Assembly (NCBI GenBank): GCA_963662335.2
Contig: CAXXVD010000002.1
Location: 704,001-768,000 of the forward strand
Direction: 5' to 3'
Length of the DNA stretch: 64,000 nt
Origin: Chloroflexota bacterium
Lineage (GTDB): Bacteria; Chloroflexota; UBA11872; VXOZ01
How positions within the stretch are numbered: position 1 is the stretch's first letter; the number at the start of each line of letters is the position of its first letter. Positions 57,279 to 64,000 of this stretch are shown here, one piece after another. The translations under genes and the position numbers were made by a program. The notes beneath the pieces were generated by a model. That model was not told the DNA's origin, made no database searches, and saw nothing but the letters and a program-made list of their open reading frames with translations.

Positions 57279-58796
57279 ATGCCCGTGAACGTATCGGCAG
57301 CCCAGGGAAACTTGCTCGAACATGACGCGGACCTCGTCGTCGTCAACCTCTTCGAAGGTGTCACCGCGCCCGGCGGGGCCACCGGGGCCGTAGACCGCGC
57401 TCTGAGCGGTCAGATCAGCGACGCAATCGCCGCCGGCGACTTCGAGGGCAAGTTGCACGAAACCCTCTATCTCTATACCGGCGGTGCGCTCGCGGCGCGG
57501 CGCGCGCTGCTCATCGGCCTGGGCAAGCAGGAAGACTTCACGCTTGACCGCGCCCGCCAGGTGGCGGGCAAGGCGGCGCGGACGGCGCGGGACATGGGGG
57601 CGAAGCGGGTAGCCAGCATCGTGCACGGGGCCGGCGTCGGCGGCCTGGAACCGCTGGCCGCCGCCCGCGCCGCCGCCGAGGGCGCCACGCTTGGCCTCTA
57701 CCGCTACACGCGCTACTCGTCAGATGAAGACGCGAAGGAACTGGACGCTGTTACGTATGTCGAAGCGGACGCCGCCAAGATCGACGCCATCGCCGCCGGC
57801 GTCAGCGAGGGCGTCGCCATTGGCGAAGCGCAGAACTACGTGCGCGATCTGGCCACCACGCCCGGCAGCGACCTGCCGCCGGCCGCGCTGGCCGAGTCCG
57901 CCGCCGCCATGGCGCAGGAGTTTGGCTTGCGGTGCACAATTCTCGGGCCGGAGGAGATCGCCGCCGAAAACATGAACGTCATCTTGGGCGTCTCCCGGGG
58001 CAGCGACCAACCCTGCCGTTTCATCATCCTGGAATACACGCCGGCGGAGGAGACCGACCAGACCGTCGTGCTGGCGGGCAAGGGCATTACGTTCGACACC
58101 GGCGGCCTGAACCTCAAGCCCGGCGATTCCATGCGCCACATGGAGAGCGACATGGCCGGCGGCGCCGGCGTGCTCGGCGCGATGCGGCTGGTGGGGCATT
58201 TCAAACCGCCGGTGCGCGTGGTTGGCTTGGTGCCCGCGTCGGAGAACATGCCCGGCGGCAATGCTTTCAAGCCCGGCGACATCCTGCGCGCCGCCAACGG
58301 CAAGACCATCGAAATCGACAACACCGACGCCGAGGGCCGGCTGGTGCTGGCGGACGCGCTCTGCTACGCCCAGCGCTACAATCCCTCGGCCATCATCGAC
58401 ATTGCCACGCTCACCGGCGCGGTCATCATTGCCCTGGGCCAGCACGCCGCGGGCCTGATGGCGAACCATGCCGGCCTGGCGCAACGGGTCATTGCGGCGG
58501 GTGAAACGACCGGCGAGCGCGTCTGGGAACTGCCGCTGTGGCCGGAGTACGAAGAACAGGTGAAGAGCGACCTGGCCGACGTCAAGAACACCGGCGGCCG
58601 CGCGGCCGGCAGCATCACCGGCGCGGCGCTGCTCAAGAAGTTTGTTGACGAAAAGCCCTGGGTGCACCTGGACGTGGCCGGCGTAGACTACACCGACCTG
58701 GACCGGCCGTACATCCCCAAAGGCAGCAGCGGCTTCGGCGCGCGGTTGCTCTTCCAGGTGGTGCGCGACTGGGGCGAGGGGCTCGAATCGGACTAG
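57279..58796 (+). CDS. pepA: leucyl aminopeptidase (M17)
   Basis: GKGITFDTGG, DMAGG, NTDAEGRLVLAD, DIATLTGA, WVHLDVAG. Confidence 0.95.
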   Translation: MPVNVSAAQGNLLEHDADLVVVNLFEGVTAPGGATGAVDRALSGQISDAIAAGDFEGKLHETLYLYTGGALAARRALLIGLGKQEDFTLDRARQVAGKAARTARDMGAKRVASIVHGAGVGGLEPLAAARAAAEGATLGLYRYTRYSSDEDAKELDAVTYVEADAAKIDAIAAGVSEGVAIGEAQNYVRDLATTPGSDLPPAALAESAAAMAQEFGLRCTILGPEEIAAENMNVILGVSRGSDQPCRFIILEYTPAEETDQTVVLAGKGITFDTGGLNLKPGDSMRHMESDMAGGAGVLGAMRLVGHFKPPVRVVGLVPASENMPGGNAFKPGDILRAANGKTIEIDNTDAEGRLVLADALCYAQRYNPSAIIDIATLTGAVIIALGQHAAGLMANHAGLAQRVIAAGETTGERVWELPLWPEYEEQVKSDLADVKNTGGRAAGSITGAALLKKFVDEKPWVHLDVAGVDYTDLDRPYIPKGSSGFGARLLFQVVRDWGEGLESD

Positions 58797-58822
58797 GCGC
58801 GATTGCCAAGCGCAGCGGCCTC

Positions 58823-58923
58823 CGTCATTCCCGCGAACGCGGGAATCCATCTTTGCGGGCCTACCGGTGGATTCTGGCTGTGGCGGGCATCCCGAAAGAC
58901 TCCCGCGTTTGCGGGAATGACGG
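58823..58923. repeat. ATTCCC-N8-GGGAAT-type inverted repeat pair
   Basis: gtcattcccgcgaacgcgggaatcc ... ctcccgcgtttgcgggaatgac; another copy near 62422-62448. Confidence 0.75.
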
Positions 58924-58974
58924 TCAGGCAGCGCGCCGCGCCAGGATTACGGCTCAGGCCGTCGCGCCGCCCTA

Positions 58975-58983
58975 TGCTATAAT
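58975..58983 (+). promoter_or_regulatory. extended -10 promoter element
   Basis: TGcTATAAT about 50 bp upstream of the clpC-like gene. Confidence 0.5.
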
Positions 58984-59034
58984 GCCCTCGTAGCGGAAAC
59001 CCGATTCCCTCCCAGTTCCAGAAGAAATCCGGTT

Positions 59035-61482
59035 GTGGATGTCGATCGTCTAACGGACATGGCCAGGCAGGCGCTGGCCTTGGCGCGCAACGAGGCGCTC
59101 TTCTTCCAACACGAACAGGTGCGGCCCGAGCACATCCTGCTCGCGCTCGTGGCCCTGCCCGAGTGTCTCGCGGCGCGGCTGCTGCGTGAGCTTGGGCTCG
59201 ACCTGCACGTGATCGTGCGCGAGATTGTGGCGGCGATCGACTTCGGCAAGACCCGTGAAACGTCCGCCAACCCCCGGTTCTCCGCCGCGGTCGCGCGCGT
59301 GCTGGAACTCGCCGAGGCCGAGTCCAAGGCGCTCTCCGCGGAATATACCGGCACCGAGCACGTGCTCCTCGGCCTGCTCATCGAAGAAGAAGGGCTGGCC
59401 TCCCACATCCTCATCAACCGTCTGGGCGTGCAGGTGGACGTGATCCGGCAGGTGGCCGCCCGCTGGGCGCGCAAGAGTCCGGAAATCGGCCGGCAGCGCG
59501 GCCGGGAGCGTTCGCGGCGCCAGGAACGCTCCTCCATACTGACGCAGTATGGGCGGGACCTCACCCAACTGGCCCGCCAGCAGGAACTCGACCCGGTCAT
59601 CGGCCGCCACCAGGAGACCGAGCGCATGTGCGAGGTCCTGCTGCGCCGCCGCAAGAACAACCCGGTGCTCGTCGGGCCGGCCGGTGTCGGCAAGACCGCG
59701 GTCGTCGAGGGTCTGGCCGAACGCATCGTCTCCAAGGAAGCGCCCACCATCATGCACGAGGCGCGCGTCGTGCAACTGGACCTGGCCGGTCTCATTGCCG
59801 GCACCAAGTTTCGCGGCGAGTTCGAGGAACGCCTGAAGCGGCTGCTCGAAGAGGTCCGGAAGAGCGAAAACCTGATCCTCTTCGTTGACGAAGTGCACAT
59901 GATGCTGGGCGCCGGGTCCGCGGCCGGCGCGATGGACGCCGCCAACATGCTCAAGCCCGCGCTCGCCCGCGGCGACCTGCGCCTGATCGGCGCGACCACG
60001 TGGGAAGAATACCGCCGCTACATCGAGCGCGACGGCGGCCTGGTGCGGCGCTTTCAACCGGTGCCGGTCGAAGAGCCGGCCTTCGAGGAAACGGTGGCCA
60101 TCCTGTCCGGCATTCGCCGCGTCTACGAGACCTACCACGGCGTGACCGTGACCGACGAAGCGCTGGTAAGCTCGGTGCGGCTCGCCCAGCGCTACTTGCC
60201 CGCGCGCTTCTTCCCCGATAAGTCGATCGACCTCATCGACGAGGCCGCCGCCCGCGTCAAAGTGGCGCGCCTGACGCCGCCGTCCGAGACGCGTAAGCTC
60301 AAGCACCGGCTGGAGTTGCTGCAAAAGGAAGCAAAAGCGGCCCGGGAAGAGGGCAACTACGATTGGATAACGCGCGTTAACAGCGAAATAGAGAGCCTGC
60401 ACATGCAGTTGCGCGACATCGAGACCGGCTGGCGGCGCAAACTGGCGGAGCAGAAGGCCGAAATCGGCGAGAAGGAGATCGCCGCCGTTATCGCCCAGTG
60501 GACGGGGATTCCCAGCAGCACGGTCGATACGGACGAAGCGCGGCGCCTCCTGCGGATGGAAGCGGCGATCGCCGAGCGCATCGTGGGACAGCCGGAGCCA
60601 ACGCGCGAAGTGGCGCAGGCGCTCAGACGGGCGCTCGCCGGCGTCAAGGACCCCACTCGTCCCATTGGCTCCTTCCTCTTCGTCGGCGGCCCCGGCGTGG
60701 GCAAGACGGAACTGGCCAAGGCCATTGCCGAGTTCGCGCTCGGCGATGAGAAGCAGATCGTCCGCATCGACATGTCGGAGTACGATGAGTACCACACCGT
60801 CTCGCGCCTCATCGGCTCGCCGCCGGGCTACGTGGGCTACGATGAAGCGGGACAGCTTACGGAGGCGGTGCGGCGGCGGGCGTACGCCGTCATCTTGCTC
60901 GACGACATCGACAAAGCGCATCCCGCCGTGCTCGACGCCCTCTTGCAGGTCCTCGACCACGGCCAACTCACCGACGGCCAGGGACGCGCCGTGAGCTTCC
61001 GCAACGCAATCTTGATCTTCACGTCCAACTTCTTCGACGATGATCCGGAGCGCGCCGGCATCGGCTTCAACGCCCATGACACGGTGGTAGACTACCAGCG
61101 CATCAAGCAGGCCGCGCTCAAGACGCTCGAGCGCAACCTGCGGCCTGAGTTCCTGAACCGCGTGGACACCGTCTGCGCGTTCCGTCCGCTGGAACCGGAC
61201 GACATTCACGCGATCGCCGAGCGACTGGTGGCGGAGTGCGCGGCGCGCCTGGCGGATGAGGGCGTTACCCTGGCGGTGGCTGACGACGTCGTCGCACACC
61301 TGGCAAAGCGCTGCGGCGCGGCGCAGGGCGCGCGGCCCTTGCGCCGCCTCGTCACCGCGCTGCTGGAAGACCCGCTCACCGATCTGCGCCTCCGGCACGA
61401 TGGGCAAACACACTGGCTGGTGGCGCTCAACGCGGCCGGCGACGACGTCGTGATCGAGCCGGCTGAGGTCGCGATTGGCTGA
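59035..61482 (+). CDS. clpC: ATP-dependent Clp protease ATP-binding subunit (ClpC-like)
   Basis: Clp-N repeats ([14 protein letters not shown]), [41 protein letters not shown] loop. Confidence 0.85.
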   Translation: MDVDRLTDMARQALALARNEALFFQHEQVRPEHILLALVALPECLAARLLRELGLDLHVIVREIVAAIDFGKTRETSANPRFSAAVARVLELAEAESKALSAEYTGTEHVLLGLLIEEEGLASHILINRLGVQVDVIRQVAARWARKSPEIGRQRGRERSRRQERSSILTQYGRDLTQLARQQELDPVIGRHQETERMCEVLLRRRKNNPVLVGPAGVGKTAVVEGLAERIVSKEAPTIMHEARVVQLDLAGLIAGTKFRGEFEERLKRLLEEVRKSENLILFVDEVHMMLGAGSAAGAMDAANMLKPALARGDLRLIGATTWEEYRRYIERDGGLVRRFQPVPVEEPAFEETVAILSGIRRVYETYHGVTVTDEALVSSVRLAQRYLPARFFPDKSIDLIDEAAARVKVARLTPPSETRKLKHRLELLQKEAKAAREEGNYDWITRVNSEIESLHMQLRDIETGWRRKLAEQKAEIGEKEIAAVIAQWTGIPSSTVDTDEARRLLRMEAAIAERIVGQPEPTREVAQALRRALAGVKDPTRPIGSFLFVGGPGVGKTELAKAIAEFALGDEKQIVRIDMSEYDEYHTVSRLIGSPPGYVGYDEAGQLTEAVRRRAYAVILLDDIDKAHPAVLDALLQVLDHGQLTDGQGRAVSFRNAILIFTSNFFDDDPERAGIGFNAHDTVVDYQRIKQAALKTLERNLRPEFLNRVDTVCAFRPLEPDDIHAIAERLVAECAARLADEGVTLAVADDVVAHLAKRCGAAQGARPLRRLVTALLEDPLTDLRLRHDGQTHWLVALNAAGDDVVIEPAEVAIG

Positions 61483-61491
61483 CCGGCTCTG

Positions 61492-61612
61492 CCGTTCGCC
61501 CTGAGCCTGTCGCAGGGCGAGACTGCACGGACCGGCGAGCCACGTTGTGCTTCGACAAGCTCAGCACGAACTGCCATGTGGCTGTTCCGTTCGCCCTGAG
61601 CCTGTCGAAGGG
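61492..61612. repeat. REP-like cluster (GTTCGCCCTGAGCCTGTCG family)
   Basis: two direct copies flanking one inverted copy ttcgacaagctcagcacgaac. Confidence 0.7.
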
Positions 61613-61652
61613 CGAGCCTGCGCAGCGCGAAGTGTGCGTGAGAAGAAGTCTA

Positions 61653-62348
61653 GTGCGGGATCTGATCCACCGCCTGTTCGATCTGCTGCTGCCGCAGCGG
61701 TGCGTGAGTTGCGGCGTCCTGGGCGAGAACTTCTGCCCGCCGTGCATTGCGCAAATCACCGCCTCGCCGGCCCTGCACTGCGCGCTCTGCACGGCCGCCG
61801 TGGCCCGCCCCTTCACGCTTTGCCAAGGCTGCCGGCGCACCTATCCCCGGCTGCGGGGCATCGTCTCCGTAGGCGCGTTTGGCGGCCCGCTGCGTCACGC
61901 AATACACCACTTCAAGTACCGCAGCCGCACCAGCTTGGCGCAGGAGCTAGGCACGTTGCTGAGCCAAACCGTCATCGAGGCGGAGATGCCTCCGTGCGCC
62001 ACGATCGTGCCGGTGCCGCTCCATCCCAAACGAGAGACGGCGCGCGGCTTCAATCAAGCGGCGCTGGTGGCGGGGGAAGTAAGCCGGCGGCTGCACGCGT
62101 CCCTGGACCGCGAAGGCATTGCGCGCGTTGTCGATACACCGCCGCAGGTGGGATTGTCGCGGGCGCAACGCCTGCGCAACGTCGCCAATGCGTTCGCGGC
62201 GCGGCCCGGCGCCTACAGCAACGGCGGCGTGCTGCTCATCGACGACGTCGCGACCACCGGGGCGACTCTGGTAACGTGCGCCCGGCAGATCACGCGTGAG
62301 GGCGGCGCGCCCTGGGTATGGGGCGCGGTGCTGGCGCGGGACCGCTGA
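61653..62348 (+). CDS. comF: ComF family protein (double zinc ribbon plus PRTase)
   Basis: CVSC, CPPC, CALC, CQGC; VPVPLH, RGFNQ, LIDDVATTGATL; start approximate. Confidence 0.88.
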   Translation: MRDLIHRLFDLLLPQRCVSCGVLGENFCPPCIAQITASPALHCALCTAAVARPFTLCQGCRRTYPRLRGIVSVGAFGGPLRHAIHHFKYRSRTSLAQELGTLLSQTVIEAEMPPCATIVPVPLHPKRETARGFNQAALVAGEVSRRLHASLDREGIARVVDTPPQVGLSRAQRLRNVANAFAARPGAYSNGGVLLIDDVATTGATLVTCARQITREGGAPWVWGAVLARDR

Positions 62349-62497
62349 GCGTTTGCAGGCGATTAAGTTTGCAGTCTTGGCTAGGAGGTGGGGGACAAGC
62401 CCCCGCGCTACGGCTACATCCGTCATTCCCGCGCACGCGGGAATCCATCCGCGCCGCAGCGAGATTAGCCGTACGCGTTGAGGAACAAGCCACCGCG

Positions 62498-62911
62498 CTA
62501 TAGAAAACGGGCGCTTCCCGCCCTGGGCTGCGCGCGTTGCCAGCGGCGCAGCGCGCGGTCGGCGATGTCAGCCACCGCGGCGGGCAGCCTGAGAATCTCG
62601 TCCACGCCGTTCCAGTCCCAGCGGGTGCGCGTGCGCGGTTCCACGAGCAGCACGATTGTCAAAGACACGCGGGCCATGGCCTTGATGCGCGCACACTCCT
62701 CGTACACGTGGGGATAGATAAACGCTTCGTCGAGCGCCAGCACGTACCCACTCCCCGGCGCGCCTTCCGCCTCCGCTGAGAGGAAGCGCGTCAAGTCTTC
62801 CAGGCCGCGGACCGTATGAACGACCGCGCCGCGCGTTTGCAGTTCCACTGCCAGCCTCATGCGTAGCTGTGGATTTGCGATTGCCACGATGATGTCAACT
62901 TGCCCCACCAT
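62498..62911 (-). CDS. hypothetical protein, atypical receiver-like domain
   Basis: alternating beta/alpha pattern DIIVAI, VLALDE, IVLLV, GVDEILRLP. Confidence 0.55.
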   Translation of the reverse strand: MVGQVDIIVAIANPQLRMRLAVELQTRGAVVHTVRGLEDLTRFLSAEAEGAPGSGYVLALDEAFIYPHVYEECARIKAMARVSLTIVLLVEPRTRTRWDWNGVDEILRLPAAVADIADRALRRWQRAQPRAGSARFL

Positions 62912-62942
62912 TCTCTTGCGCTCACCCTGTTAGCAATACCTG

Positions 62943-64000
62943 CTATAGCCGTCTCGGCGCGCCGCGCCGCAAAGGCCGCAACCGCCGCAGCCGCGCGAGC
63001 CGGCGGGCGCGAGCAAGCAGGTCCACCGGCCGGCGAGCCTGAAGCGCCGCCGGCATTCGCAGCCGCGGCAGGCGCGCCGCGCGCACGAACGAGCCGAAGA
63101 TGCTGAGTTCGTACCACGTGAAGCGCAGGCGGCGCACGCCCACGTCGGCCACGAAGAGCAGCAGCGCGAACACCACGAGCGGCTGCCAGAACGGGCGGTA
63201 ATATCCTTCCGGCGGCGGCCGGTCGTGGCGAAAGGCCTCGTCCGCGCTCGTAAGCGCCTGTCCGCCGGTGGCCGCCGCAAGCCGCCGCAGCAGCCGGTAG
63301 TTGGTCTCGAAGCTCAAGAATTCGGCCGCCACCGGCACCACCGCGCCGGTAATCTGCTCCACCACGGGCGTATCGCCGTCGTACTGCGTAATGCGCAGCG
63401 CGTACACGCCGGCCTTGTCCGTCGTAAGCGTGCCTCCGTACCGTCCCGGCGCCGTCTGGGGCAACACCAAAGAGAACGCCCGTTGTTCCGGCCCGGCCAC
63501 CTCTACCTGCGTGGTGAGCAAGTTGCGCGCGTTGCCCTGCTCGTCCACCGAGTCCACCGCCACCGTTACGTCGCTGCCGTCCACGCGCACCTGCGTCGCC
63601 AGCCGCGGGTTGAGCGGACTCGGCATCGTCCAGCGCACCATTTGCGCCCAGAAGCGTTGATTCTGGGGCCACTCGCCCCAGTCCGCCGCCCAGTCCTGCC
63701 CCGCGTCGCTGGTCCAGGCCACGGCGCGGCCCAGGCCGTACTGCCACTGCGCCAGAATGACCTCGCTGGTATCGGAAAGCAGCGGCGTTTCGGCGGCCGG
63801 TTTCGCCTCCGTGCGCACAAACGCGGAGAGATTGGGCAAGGAAGCCGGCAGGATTGCGCGCAGGATGGGGCTGGCGGTTACCACCCGCGGCTGGAAGAGC
63901 CGGCTCATGACGAGCGAGCGGCTGGCGCGTTGGCTCTCTTTCGTCACCACTTGCGGGATGTTTTCCGGCACGTCGGCGTAGTAGTAGCGGCCGTCGCCCT
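62943..64000 (-). CDS. C-terminal part of a VWA/glutamine-amidotransferase-like membrane protein (starts beyond the window)
   Basis: GRYYY....IPQ, ILAQWQYGLGRAVAWTSD, QTAPGRY, LAAATGG, LLFVADVGVRRL. Confidence 0.75.
   Translation of the reverse strand, partial: GDGRYYYADVPENIPQVVTKESQRASRSLVMSRLFQPRVVTASPILRAILPASLPNLSAFVRTEAKPAAETPLLSDTSEVILAQWQYGLGRAVAWTSDAGQDWAADWGEWPQNQRFWAQMVRWTMPSPLNPRLATQVRVDGSDVTVAVDSVDEQGNARNLLTTQVEVAGPEQRAFSLVLPQTAPGRYGGTLTTDKAGVYALRITQYDGDTPVVEQITGAVVPVAAEFLSFETNYRLLRRLAAATGGQALTSADEAFRHDRPPPEGYYRPFWQPLVVFALLLFVADVGVRRLRFTWYELSIFGSFVRAARLPRLRMPAALQARRPVDLLARARRLARLRRLRPLRRGAPRRL

Noticed and set aside
59050-61413. Long antisense ORFs (e.g. 59050-61413, 28886-30811, 6528-8096, 18046-19341)
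   Set aside because: These are shadow frames opposite well-supported genes, expected at high GC, with no recognisable motifs.

Overview
GC-rich bacterial chromosome segment. Gene content (many TAT-lipoprotein solute-binding proteins, PBP1A with Ig-like tail, ankyrin and Kelch-like proteins) suggests Chloroflexota, possibly host-associated; this is inference only. Housekeeping genes include purD, pyrG, ubiX, thiG-thiE-thiS-thiO, an AICAR-transformylase-only purH, dgt, pepA, a clpC-like ATPase and comF, alongside many catabolic enzymes and transporters. The most striking feature is a tandem array at 2.6-5.4 kb of two-gene units (small DUF5678-like protein plus retropepsin-like aspartic protease). 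It has five intact small genes, three intact proteases and two decayed protease remnants. Other candidates: a lower-GC islet at 21.4-24.0 kb (Panacea antitoxin plus 2-TM partner, HNH-like membrane protein), a coiled-coil protein with a RelE-like C-terminus, a pair of membrane proteins with BON-like domains, two PutP-like symporters with an altered TM2 motif, and at least six REP-like palindrome families, some tandemly amplified or nested. I saw no rRNA, tRNA, CRISPR array or transposase. All family calls come from motif recognition by eye, not from database searches.
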